Shown: piece by piece, positions 15,833 through 24,774 of the stretch
Position numbering within the stretch: position 1 is the stretch's first letter
Layout: every line of letters begins with the position of its first letter
Virus record (IMG/VR): IMGVR_UViG_3300037483_000316
Coordinates: 1 to 42,912 of that record
Origin: a virus
Taxonomy: Duplodnaviria > Caudoviricetes
DNA length: 42,912 bases
Reading direction: 5' to 3' (one strand)
Made by a program: the position numbers and the translations under genes
Notes under the pieces: model-generated
The model's input: only the letters and a program-made list of their open reading frames with translations
What the model was told of the DNA's origin: nothing
The model's database searches: none

Positions 15833-16255
15833 ATGGCTAAAATGATTTGCGAAAATCCGCCAATTGAATGGAACAGTTTGAACGTGCGAACTATCAACGC
15901 TTTGATTAGGGCTGGCTACGCAAGAGTAGAAAACCAGCGTTTCCCAGGTGATTACAATAATTATAAAGGTCTCGAAATCAACTGGAATAAAATAAGAGAA
16001 AACGAAACTGTTCTTTGGGGTATTCGCAATCTTGGCGATAAAGGCATAATTAGAATTAAAGAATGGATGGAAGATGCTGGTGAACAGGTGATTACAGAAC
16101 GCTTTGAACGTTGTGAGAATTGCAAATTCCATTATGACGAAGATGACATGGAGTGTCGAAGGTTTCCACCCCAGAAAACCGAAAGGTATAGTGCTTTCCC
16201 CACCGTAAGTCCCGATAGCTGGTGTGGAGAGTTTAGAGAGATAAAAAATCTGTGA
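15833..16255 (+). CDS. RNA polymerase alpha-CTD-like domain fused to a Cys4 domain
   Basis: LNVRTINALIRAG...LWGIRNLGDKGIIRI; CENC...CRRFPP...FPTVSPDSWCGEF. Confidence 0.65.
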   Translation: MAKMICENPPIEWNSLNVRTINALIRAGYARVENQRFPGDYNNYKGLEINWNKIRENETVLWGIRNLGDKGIIRIKEWMEDAGEQVITERFERCENCKFHYDEDDMECRRFPPQKTERYSAFPTVSPDSWCGEFREIKNL

Positions 16256-16377
16256 TATAATATCTATATAAGGTAAGGGTATGGTAAGGTGGTGTTGGGC
16301 CGGGCACGGTTTGGTTGGTTTCAGGTTCGGCAAGGCAAGCTAAGGGAGCGGCGAGAAAGAAAGCCGCTCATTTTTTA
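16253..16377 (+). ncRNA. Putative small RNA made of ~15 GGY-NN pentamers, with its own promoter and terminator
   Basis: TGaTATAAT at 16253-16261; pentamer tract 16269-16345; hairpin GAGCGGC/GCCGCTC plus T-run at 16346-16376. Confidence 0.65.
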
Positions 16378-16390
16378 ATGCAAGGTAGTA

Positions 16391-16426
16391 TAATAGAGCC
16401 ATTGTAGAAATGGCTCTATTATTTTT
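16391..16426 (+). terminator. Hairpin overlapping a TATAAT box
   Basis: ATAATAGAGCCATT gtaga AATGGCTCTATTAT followed by TTTT. Confidence 0.45.
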
Positions 16427-16583
16427 CGTGTATGGCCGTAAACGCCTGCAAGGTGGGCGTCGTTCAGTGCGTACCCCGCTGTTAGGCTGGACGCGAGAAT
16501 AGCAAGCGGCGAGCGGGGCCTGCTGGGAGAGTTACGAATGAATATATTTAGTGCGCTGGTGCTGCTGGTCGGGTTGGGGTAGG

Positions 16584-17867
16584 ATGAAACATTACGCTTT
16601 GAACCCGCGCCAAATCACACAGAAACAACTTACGCGGCTACGGGATAAGCTCGCGCGTTTAGGTGACTTATCTGGCGTGGTCCACAATCAGCGAGACGAC
16701 AGTATTATTGGTGGCAATCAGCGCATGGTGATATTTGGCGAAGGCTCGGAGCCTGTTATCGTGGAGCGATATGAGCAGCCGGACGAACAGGGGACGCTTG
16801 CGCACGGCTTTATCATCTGGCAAGATAAGCGCTATGCCTACCGGCTGGTCGATTGGGATGAGCAGACGGCCAGAGAAGCCAACATCGCGGCGAACCTGGA
16901 AGGCGGAAGCTGGTCATGGGACATTCTTGCAAACCAGTGGCCCGATATGGGCGAGTTCGGTTTCAATGACGATTTGCTGAAAGAGTGGAAGGTTGACATT
17001 GCGGCTTTATCTAATTTCATAGAGAGCGAAAAGCCAGCAAAAGATGCTGAGCCTAAAACGGACAAAGCCGCAGAACTCAAAGAGAAATGGCAAACAGAAG
17101 CGGGGCAATTGTGGCAGATTGGAAATCATAAACTTATCTGTGGGGATTGCACAGACCCGGTGGTCGTGGCGAGGGTGATGGAAAACAAGCGGGCTTCAAT
17201 GTGCTTTACAAGTCCGCCATACAATGCTGGTGTTTCCGCTAAGTTGCGCGGAAACACCAGCATTGACGACAATCTTTATAAAGATGAGTACGACGATAAC
17301 CAGACCGAACCCGCTTATCTAGATTTGCTTTGCAAGTTCACGGATTTGTCATTATCTGTTTGTGATTATGTCTTTGTCAATATCCAGGTTTTATCAGGGA
17401 ACAAACACGCGTTTTTAGAGTATTGGTACAACTACTCAGAAAAGTTTGCAGATGTGGCAATTTGGGATAAAGGACACGCAGCGCCGCAGCAGGCGCTGCG
17501 TGTCATGGATAGCCGATTCGAGTTCGTTTTGGTGTTCGGCGGCAATGGTACGCGAGCAATCGGTACGCGGGAATTTCGCGGCATGGTTCACAATGTTTAT
17601 GACGGTAATCCACAAAGACACAACGAGAACGCAGACTTACACGCGGCAACATTCCCGCTTGACTTGCCCGAGCATTTTATAAAGACTTTCACCAACCGGG
17701 ATGAAGTTATTTATGAACCGTTTTGCGGAACAGGTACGGGACTGGTCGCCTGCGAGAACTTACAGCGAAAAGCAAGGGCAATAGAAATAAGTCCAGCATA
17801 CGTGGCGGTAGCGCTTGAACGCATGTCGCAAGCCTTCCCCGCTCTCGAAATCAAGCGGATTGAATAA
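16584..17867 (+). CDS. ParB-like domain + DNA amino-methyltransferase
   Basis: NPRQI..IIGGNQR..REANIAAN (ParB-like); GQLWQIGNHKLICGDCT, FTSPPYN, HAATFP, IYEPFCGTGT. Confidence 0.9.
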   Translation: MKHYALNPRQITQKQLTRLRDKLARLGDLSGVVHNQRDDSIIGGNQRMVIFGEGSEPVIVERYEQPDEQGTLAHGFIIWQDKRYAYRLVDWDEQTAREANIAANLEGGSWSWDILANQWPDMGEFGFNDDLLKEWKVDIAALSNFIESEKPAKDAEPKTDKAAELKEKWQTEAGQLWQIGNHKLICGDCTDPVVVARVMENKRASMCFTSPPYNAGVSAKLRGNTSIDDNLYKDEYDDNQTEPAYLDLLCKFTDLSLSVCDYVFVNIQVLSGNKHAFLEYWYNYSEKFADVAIWDKGHAAPQQALRVMDSRFEFVLVFGGNGTRAIGTREFRGMVHNVYDGNPQRHNENADLHAATFPLDLPEHFIKTFTNRDEVIYEPFCGTGTGLVACENLQRKARAIEISPAYVAVALERMSQAFPALEIKRIE

Positions 17868-17892
17868 TGGTACTGTGATGGAACTGTGATAA

Positions 17893-18255
17893 ATGGCTAA
17901 CAACCCTAACGCCAAAGACAATCTGAAGCCATTCGAGCCTGACGATGGCAAGAAGAAAGACCCGCGTATTAATCGCAAGGGCCGTCCGCGTTCCTTTGAC
18001 GCGCTCCGAGAGCTTGCGAAACAGATCGCCGTTGACGTTGCTAAAGACAACAAGGGGCAAGAGATAGCCATACCCGGCATTGATGACAGGATCACGGTAG
18101 TGCAGGCGATATTATTGCAGATGAGCAGGGACCCGAGACGGCAAAAGGAGTTCTTGGAGATTGCATTTGGGAAAGTGCCGGATGAGTTGAATGTCAAAGG
18201 CGAGATGAAAGTCATCAAGGTAACATTAGATGGTAGCGACCAAAACGAAGCCTGA
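17893..18255 (+). CDS. terS: Terminase small subunit
   Basis: NLKPF...DPRINRKGRP motif; directly upstream of TerL. Confidence 0.7.
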   Translation: MANNPNAKDNLKPFEPDDGKKKDPRINRKGRPRSFDALRELAKQIAVDVAKDNKGQEIAIPGIDDRITVVQAILLQMSRDPRRQKEFLEIAFGKVPDELNVKGEMKVIKVTLDGSDQNEA

Positions 18256-19552
18256 TATTTGGGTATCCATTGACCCACGCGTGTTCAATGATATATATAG
18301 GCCATATCTGGACAATTCGTCACGGTTGCAAATCAATTACGGGGGCGCTTCATCTGGCAAGAGCAAATTCAAGGCGCAGCAAGTCATTTATGATTTGCTC
18401 AATGGGGGACGAAACTATCTCGTTTGTCGTAAGATTGCAAAAGACAGTCGATATAGTACCTTTGTCGAAGTCAAGCGCATCATTGATGAATGGAATGTGG
18501 GTGAGTTGTTTTCAGTCAATGAGAGCAATATGGTTATTACTTGCCAAAATGGGTATCAGGCTGTTTTCAAGGGGCTGGATGACTTGGAGAAGATCAAATC
18601 AATTACATTTCCAAAGGGAGTCTTGACTGATATTTGGATTGAAGAATCTACGCAGGCGGCTTGGGATGACTTGAAGCAACTCAAGAAGCGGCAACGCGGT
18701 GGAGATGAACAAATCCGTAAACGTATTCATTTGACGTTCAACCCTATTTTGCAAGATCATTGGATTTTCAAGGAATTCTTTGCTCCGCTTGGTTGGACAG
18801 AAGAGCAGACAGAATATAACAGCGATGAATTGAGCATACTCAAAACTTGGTATATTCACAATCGCTTTTTGACTGAGCAGGATATAAATGACTTATTGGG
18901 CGAAACAGATAAATATTATCGGGATGTTTATACATATGGGAATTGGGGGGTGCTCGGCAATGTCATTTTCAATAATTGGGAGATCCGTGATTTATCAGGG
19001 ATGCAAGACCAGTTCACCAATCGGCGCAACGGGGGGGACTTCGGATTTAGCAATGACCCCGCCGCATTTGGTCGAACGCACTACGACCGCAAGCGCAAAG
19101 AAATCTATGTGTTCGATGGTTTCTATCAATCAGGACTTACTAACGACCTGCTGGCAAAGGAAGTCATGGGGATGATAGGAAACGAACGCATTGTTTGGGA
19201 TAGCGCCGAGCCTAAGTCCATCCAGGAATTGCGGAATTATGGGGTAAATGCTATCGGCGCTCGCAAAGGCAAGGACAGCGTTTTGCATGGTATCCAGTGG
19301 TTACAACAACACAAGATTATTGTAGATAAAACGCTTGTGAATGAACAGGGCGAACTGAGACAGTATAAGTGGAAAGAAGATAAAAACGGCAATCCAATAC
19401 CGCAACCGATTGACTATAACAATCATTTTATCGATTGGCTGCGCTATGCTTACGAAGATGATATGATTGTAGTGGAAATCAACACAAACGCAACTGTGAC
19501 GAATTACATTCGCGGCAAACAGGAACAAGAGACCCGGCCAGGATTTCGATAG
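18230..19552 (+). CDS. terL: Terminase large subunit, PBSX/SPP1-like
   Basis: YGGASSGKS, FKGLDD.EKIKS, IWIEES, LTFNP, GDFGFSNDP, DSAEPKSI, NHFIDWLRYA. Confidence 0.95.
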   Translation: MVATKTKPDIWVSIDPRVFNDIYRPYLDNSSRLQINYGGASSGKSKFKAQQVIYDLLNGGRNYLVCRKIAKDSRYSTFVEVKRIIDEWNVGELFSVNESNMVITCQNGYQAVFKGLDDLEKIKSITFPKGVLTDIWIEESTQAAWDDLKQLKKRQRGGDEQIRKRIHLTFNPILQDHWIFKEFFAPLGWTEEQTEYNSDELSILKTWYIHNRFLTEQDINDLLGETDKYYRDVYTYGNWGVLGNVIFNNWEIRDLSGMQDQFTNRRNGGDFGFSNDPAAFGRTHYDRKRKEIYVFDGFYQSGLTNDLLAKEVMGMIGNERIVWDSAEPKSIQELRNYGVNAIGARKGKDSVLHGIQWLQQHKIIVDKTLVNEQGELRQYKWKEDKNGNPIPQPIDYNNHFIDWLRYAYEDDMIVVEINTNATVTNYIRGKQEQETRPGFR

Positions 19553-19560
19553 GTTTTGAG

Positions 19561-19854
19561 ATGAGCTCATATACAAACGTAATTCTTGTACACAGCGTGC
19601 TGTATGACAGGATTGACGAAATAAACCAATGGATAACAACTGTCGGCAAGCAGCGTTATGGGTTTGGTCCAAATCTGGCAGAAACAACAACCGTTACGGG
19701 AGTTATGTATTGTGCTGGTTTCAATCATTTTGACATTGACGCATTTATCGATTTTTTGCGGTCATTAGAATGGAATTTGCCAGCGCAAGAGATACAAGTT
19801 ATGTACAAAAGCGACCGTGACGATAGATATAAAACAATTGACATATTTCGATAG
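19561..19854 (+). CDS. Hypothetical inserted gene
   Basis: AT-rich ORF between terL and portal. Confidence 0.6.
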   Translation: MSSYTNVILVHSVLYDRIDEINQWITTVGKQRYGFGPNLAETTTVTGVMYCAGFNHFDIDAFIDFLRSLEWNLPAQEIQVMYKSDRDDRYKTIDIFR

Positions 19855-19862
19855 GAGTTATT

Positions 19863-20090
19863 ATGGCAAAGCATCATGCAGGTACTTTTCAAATTCAAAA
19901 CGAGAACGGGGATTTTATCAAAGAAGTTGCAAGTTTGGGCGAATATACCGGCGAATTTGTTTTCAATCCACATATTATCTGCACAAACTTTACTTTTGTT
20001 GAAATGAAATCTTCTGACGAATATATTTTCAAGTGTGATGATTGTGGTAAAGAAATGAGACTTACTTTTGGCTCCAAAGGTGGTAAATGA
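19863..20090 (+). CDS. Hypothetical inserted gene
   Basis: AGGAG SD; CDDC; overlaps the portal start. Confidence 0.6.
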   Translation: MAKHHAGTFQIQNENGDFIKEVASLGEYTGEFVFNPHIICTNFTFVEMKSSDEYIFKCDDCGKEMRLTFGSKGGK

Positions 20091-21640
20091 TGTCTACTGA
20101 TAACAGCGGCTTAATTGTCAGTGCTCTCGAGCATACCGATCCGGCGCTTGCCGCATCCATCGATGCGCGCAACTCGTGGAAGCAGGCGATTAAACAGCGG
20201 GGAGCACAAATAAGGTTATTCCGTGATTACGAGCGGGGCGACCATCGCGCAAACATGACTAAAGAGATGCGGAAAATGCTGCGCTTGATCGAAGATGATA
20301 CCGGATTCTCCGAACTTAATGTCAATTACTGTAAGGTTATTATTGACAAGATGGTAGGGCGAATATTCGTATCTAATATTGCTGTTGATAACGATGGCGC
20401 TGCGGATTGGCTAAAAGAAACGTTGACGCGCAACGACTTTGACGCGCAGCAGATCGAATGGTGGCGTGGTGCGGCGCGAGATGGTGACTCTTATGTCATG
20501 GTTGACACTGACACAAAACTATGGACTTCCGAACCTTCCTATGATGGGTTCAGCGGGATGGTCGTTATTTTTGATGAGATGACTCGTAAGCCGATGTGGG
20601 CCTGTAAACTGTGGAGCGAAGCGGATACGCAGGACGTAGCAGCAGCGGATACTAGCCAAGCAGTTATTAAGGTAGTGGTATATCAGCCTGGCATGATTAG
20701 CTATTGGGTAGGTGACGAGAGTGGACAGGAAGTCAGGTCGGATGATGTCGTGCCAATAGGCAGAGAAGTAGAAGAAAATGAAATGTTGCCGGACGGAATA
20801 GAAATGTCTAATTCCAGACCCTGGCCGGTAAAGTCGGGAAAACTGCCGCTTGTGCATCTTGCCAACCAGCTTGACAACTATACCAGTTACGGAGAAAGCG
20901 AGCTAAGGCCAGCTATTCCATTACAGGATTCACTCAATGGAATTCAGCACGACAAAATCATGGCATCAAAGCTATCGGCGTTTCAGCGGTTGTGGTCTAT
21001 TGGTTTTGAGATTGGACTGGATGGGATTGTACCCGGAGCGGTCATTAATATGACGCTTAAGGATTCTAGTGGAAATCTAATTTCCAGTCCTACTCAGGAA
21101 CAGGTTGAGTTTTTGAAGGCCGCTCATGTTGGCACATTCGCCGGTGCAGACATTACACAATATGTCAACCAGATAGAAAGCGAAGTGCAACAAATCAGCC
21201 AGGTAACCCAGACGCCAATCTACGGCGTGACGGCTGAGGGCAACCTGAGCGGCGAAGCGTTGAAACAGCTAGAAATCGGCTTGCTCGGCAAGGTAGAGCG
21301 GTTCCAGCACCAGAACACGGACGCAATCAAAGAGTTGATAACGCTGACTGCTGAAATCCAGAACACATTCGAAGGTGAGAACGCGCCGGCATTTAGTACA
21401 GTCAATGTCATCTGGAAATCGCCGGAGTTGTTGGATGTCAATGCGCGGATAGCAACGCTAGTAACGCTGCGCGAGAAATCGCCGGGTTTGTTTGCTGATG
21501 AGTTTTATATCAAACGTATCGGCGTTCTGCTTGGTATGTCGCAGGATGATATAAATGACGAAATCGAGAATGCCAAGACTCAGGGCAGTTTCAACTTTGG
21601 TGCATTGGTGGCTGGTGGGCTGGTTGGAAATCGAGTGTAG
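20087..21640 (+). CDS. Portal protein, SPP1 gp6-like
   Basis: NYCKVIID, GESEL..AIPLQD, NLSGEALK; 517 aa; position. Confidence 0.9.
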   Translation: MMSTDNSGLIVSALEHTDPALAASIDARNSWKQAIKQRGAQIRLFRDYERGDHRANMTKEMRKMLRLIEDDTGFSELNVNYCKVIIDKMVGRIFVSNIAVDNDGAADWLKETLTRNDFDAQQIEWWRGAARDGDSYVMVDTDTKLWTSEPSYDGFSGMVVIFDEMTRKPMWACKLWSEADTQDVAAADTSQAVIKVVVYQPGMISYWVGDESGQEVRSDDVVPIGREVEENEMLPDGIEMSNSRPWPVKSGKLPLVHLANQLDNYTSYGESELRPAIPLQDSLNGIQHDKIMASKLSAFQRLWSIGFEIGLDGIVPGAVINMTLKDSSGNLISSPTQEQVEFLKAAHVGTFAGADITQYVNQIESEVQQISQVTQTPIYGVTAEGNLSGEALKQLEIGLLGKVERFQHQNTDAIKELITLTAEIQNTFEGENAPAFSTVNVIWKSPELLDVNARIATLVTLREKSPGLFADEFYIKRIGVLLGMSQDDINDEIENAKTQGSFNFGALVAGGLVGNRV

Positions 21641-21652
21641 AAAGGATTTAGG

Positions 21653-21853
21653 ATGAGACGGCCAAAATGTGATAAATGCGATAATCTAGCCATGAGTGCA
21701 GCCAGGGATATAATTGAAATTTACTCTAATAGTCCGTGGTGCGAATTTGAGTACTATGGTGAGCGGCGTTACGGGTGCGAAAATCACATACCGCGCATGA
21801 GCCGGACATATCGTATTGGCGATCCAGATTATCCGAAGGTGAAAATTGCCTAG
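21653..21853 (+). CDS. Small Cys-rich inserted gene
   Basis: CDKC...CENH; AAGGA SD. Confidence 0.55.
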   Translation: MRRPKCDKCDNLAMSAARDIIEIYSNSPWCEFEYYGERRYGCENHIPRMSRTYRIGDPDYPKVKIA

Positions 21854-22991
21854 CCCGCTTTCCATCACCGAACGCGCCAACATTGCTCTCGACCGCGCTT
21901 ATACAAAGACGGCGGGGAAAATGCTTGCGCAAATCAAATCCATCACGAACGCGCCTGGTTCGCAATTGCAACGTTCACTCAGGGAGTTGGATGAAGAAGC
22001 GGACAGGCTGGCAGATAGCGACGCGCGGATGAATGCGGACAATGCCGCCTTGCAAAAAGCATTGAATGACTACGAACGCACCTTTGTCGCCTCGCAAACG
22101 CTTATCACCGGCAGCGACAATGATATTCAGGCGAGCGGGCAAACGTTGGCTATCTCTGCCGTGACCGCTAAGGTGTTTCTGGATGTTACCCGTCAGATTG
22201 CCGAGAGTGGGGGAGACCCACTCTCACCGGCAGGGCTGGCAGTTTACATCGCACAGACGAAACGCGCCGGGGTAATATGGAACGTGCCGACTGTGTTGAA
22301 CTTTGCTACAAACTATGTAGAGAGTGCGTCATGGATAGAACGGATGGAAGGCTGGGGGGAGGGCTACGCGGCACTGACGCGAGAGACGATCCTGAAAGGC
22401 ATCCAGGAAGGCTGGGGGCCAAAGTACACCGCGTCACAGTTGCGGCACTTAGCACAAAACATGCCGGTACGGGTGGCGGAGACGTTGACGAGGACATTAC
22501 AGGTCACGAGTTATCGGGATGCGTCTGTTGCTATGGAACTGCAAAATAATCAGTATATTTTAGGTAAAATTCGGGTTTCAGCTTTGCAGGACAGAACCTG
22601 TCTTACCTGTATTGCTCTGCATGGCACACGGATGGAATTGGGCGAGCGCGTAGATGATCATTACAATGGGCTCTGTAGTGAAGAATACCTTACAATCGGC
22701 AATCCAGATGGGCCGTCATTTATGCAAGCTGACAGCAAGCCTGGAAATCGGCAATTCGTGCCGTTTACCACTGGCGAAGAGTGGTTCAACTCGCTCTCTC
22801 CCGAACGCCAGAGACAGCAGGCGTCGTTTGTGAATAGCCCTGCCAAGTGGCGGGCGTTTCAGGCTGGGACACCGATTTCAAGTTTTGTGGGTGAACATAC
22901 TGATCCGACATTTGGCCGCCAAGTGGTAGAGTCGTCCCTACTTGGTGCGCTGGGTGAAGACGCGGCGCAATACTACACGGTAAATCAATAG
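21846..22991 (+). CDS. Minor head / head morphogenesis protein (SPP1 gp7/Mu F-like)
   Basis: AETLTRT, DRTCLTCIALHG, HYNGLC, TGEEWF. Confidence 0.85.
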   Translation: MPSPLSITERANIALDRAYTKTAGKMLAQIKSITNAPGSQLQRSLRELDEEADRLADSDARMNADNAALQKALNDYERTFVASQTLITGSDNDIQASGQTLAISAVTAKVFLDVTRQIAESGGDPLSPAGLAVYIAQTKRAGVIWNVPTVLNFATNYVESASWIERMEGWGEGYAALTRETILKGIQEGWGPKYTASQLRHLAQNMPVRVAETLTRTLQVTSYRDASVAMELQNNQYILGKIRVSALQDRTCLTCIALHGTRMELGERVDDHYNGLCSEEYLTIGNPDGPSFMQADSKPGNRQFVPFTTGEEWFNSLSPERQRQQASFVNSPAKWRAFQAGTPISSFVGEHTDPTFGRQVVESSLLGALGEDAAQYYTVNQ

Positions 22992-23003
22992 GAAGCAATT
23001 CTT

Positions 23004-23282
23004 ATGTATCCTGAACACATTTGCGATGAAGGTGATTGCACAAATTACGGCGTAATAACTTTTGGATTTTGGGCCGATGATTATCCAAAAGAATTATACG
23101 GTAAATGCTTTTGTGTTCGTCATGCAATGGGCCATTTATCACAACGTACGGCGAGTTACGCAGAAGAAAAATCAACCTGTCGCAACTGTGGACAGACTAC
23201 CAACTTTGACGGCGTGATGTTCTCTGCTTGCCCGTCATGCGGCTATAGCCCGCCAAATAAATCGGGAAGGTGGTACAAGTGA
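23004..23282 (+). CDS. Cys-rich inserted gene
   Basis: CDEGDC..FCVRH..CRNC..CPSC. Confidence 0.6.
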   Translation: MYPEHICDEGDCTNYGVITFGFWADDYPKELYGKCFCVRHAMGHLSQRTASYAEEKSTCRNCGQTTNFDGVMFSACPSCGYSPPNKSGRWYK

Positions 23283-23298
23283 AAAAGCCTGTCTTTTA

Positions 23299-23541
23299 TT
23301 GGGTCGGTACGATGTACTCAACGATTGCATGGCTGTTTATCCTGGTTTTGGGAATCATGGCACTGATTGGATGGATAAGATGACAGACCGGGAATTTTGG
23401 ACGGTAATACGGCGCGCGCTCTTGCTTTTTGTGGACGCTATAGAAAAGCGCTATCGGCTTGGAAAGTATCAGGATGTGTGTGTCCAGCCGATAGGCGAGA
23501 ATGACACAATTGTAGGGGTTGTGTATAAAGATACAGAATAG
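23299..23541 (+). CDS. Hypothetical protein (start uncertain, possibly 23371 or 23380)
   Basis: DREFWTVIRRALLLFVDAIEKRY amphipathic helix. Confidence 0.5.
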   Translation: MGRYDVLNDCMAVYPGFGNHGTDWMDKMTDREFWTVIRRALLLFVDAIEKRYRLGKYQDVCVQPIGENDTIVGVVYKDTE

Positions 23542-23547
23542 AAAATA

Positions 23548-23656
23548 TGATACAATATAGTTAAATAGCGGCTTGCCTTCGGGCCCCCCGCAATTATACA
23601 AGGCTCATAAAGCACCCTTGTTTGTCCCTAGTGGATGAACAAGGGTGCTTTTTATT
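23548..23656 (+). promoter_or_regulatory. Promoter and long leader hairpin before the scaffold/capsid genes
   Basis: TGaTACAAT at 23548-23556; AAAGCACCCTTGTTTGTCC / GGATGAACAAGGGTGCTTT stem plus T-run. Confidence 0.55.
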
Positions 23657-23703
23657 TCCCCGACCGCGTCGTTACGCGATACCAACGAAGAAGGGAGTTT
23701 GTA

Positions 23704-24288
23704 ATGTCAGCGAAAGATGAAAGCCAGAACATTGATAATCAGGAAGAAGCAAAATCGGAGCATGTAGAACCATCGTCTGCGGAGACGAAAAACGCCGATA
23801 AGGAACTCATGATTCCAAAGCAACGGTTAGACGAGGAAGTCCAGAAACGCAAGGATTTGGAGAAGCGTTTAGCCGCACAGGAAAAAGCCGGCCAGGAAGC
23901 TGAAACGAAACGGCTCAAGGAAGCGCAAGACTACAAAGCGTTGTATGAAAAGACCGCTGCCGAGTTGTCTGACGCGAAACCAAAAGCCGAAAAGCTGGAA
24001 GCTTACGAGACAACGCTGAAAGAAACGCTTGCTTCCGCTATCGAAGAAATTCCGGCAGACCGGCGCGGGCTTATCCCTGACGAGCTTTCAACGGAAGCAC
24101 AACTTCGCTGGATTTCACGTAACCGCGCACTACTTGCCAAATCCCCAACGTTCGACATCGGGGCGGGCAAGAAGGGCGGCGGAGCACAGAAGGGCGTAGA
24201 GCTCTCGCCGGAAGAGTTAGAAGTTGCTCGCAACTTCGGAATGTCCGCTGAAGACTACGCCAAGTATAAGGATAAACCTACCCCGTAA
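23704..24288 (+). CDS. Capsid scaffolding protein
   Basis: MIPKQRLDE, a long coiled coil, C-terminal VARNFGMSAEDYAK; position. Confidence 0.85.
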   Translation: MSAKDESQNIDNQEEAKSEHVEPSSAETKNADKELMIPKQRLDEEVQKRKDLEKRLAAQEKAGQEAETKRLKEAQDYKALYEKTAAELSDAKPKAEKLEAYETTLKETLASAIEEIPADRRGLIPDELSTEAQLRWISRNRALLAKSPTFDIGAGKKGGGAQKGVELSPEELEVARNFGMSAEDYAKYKDKPTP

Positions 24289-24330
24289 AACGGGGAGAAA
24301 CCCCCTAAGCGGGGTATTGGAGAATAACTA

Positions 24331-24765
24331 ATGGCTGCACCTACCTATACCTGGGAGTACACTACCAACCTGTTTGGTTTTGGACCCCCAATTATCACTG
24401 CTCTCGAAGCGACATCCAGTCTTGAAACTAAGATTGGCACGCTGCTTATCATGTCATCCGGCCAGGTTGACGAAGCGACTGCCAGCGTCGTTCTGCCTAT
24501 CGGTCTGGCTGCTGAAAAGACTGCCGCCGCTGCAACCGCTGCCGATCCGATCAAGGTCATGCTACTGCGCCCCGGCGATGTCATCAAAGGCACGTCTGAT
24601 GCGGACGCATCTACTGCCGCAGGATTCAGCGGCAAGACTTACGATTTCAATACGGACGGCTCACTTGACTACGGGGATTCGTCCGGTGGCTGCGCGTCTG
24701 TGTGGAAAACCGAAGACGCCGGATTGACTGTTTACATCGTACTCAGCAAACTGGCTGCGTTCTAG
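24331..24765 (+). CDS. Capsid decoration/cement protein
   Basis: Beta-rich, IGLAAE motif; between scaffold and capsid. Confidence 0.65.
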   Translation: MAAPTYTWEYTTNLFGFGPPIITALEATSSLETKIGTLLIMSSGQVDEATASVVLPIGLAAEKTAAAATAADPIKVMLLRPGDVIKGTSDADASTAAGFSGKTYDFNTDGSLDYGDSSGGCASVWKTEDAGLTVYIVLSKLAAF

Positions 24766-24774
24766 GAGGATGAA

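Noticed and set aside
16269-16345. CRISPR array or coding repeat (minus-strand ORF 15731-16333)
   Set aside because: There are no 25-40 bp repeats with spacers. The minus ORF is antisense to a better gene, and promoter/terminator polarity favours a plus-strand RNA.
16584-17000. Plasmid-prophage partition system
   Set aside because: The ParB-like domain is fused to a methyltransferase, a common phage arrangement, and no ParA is seen
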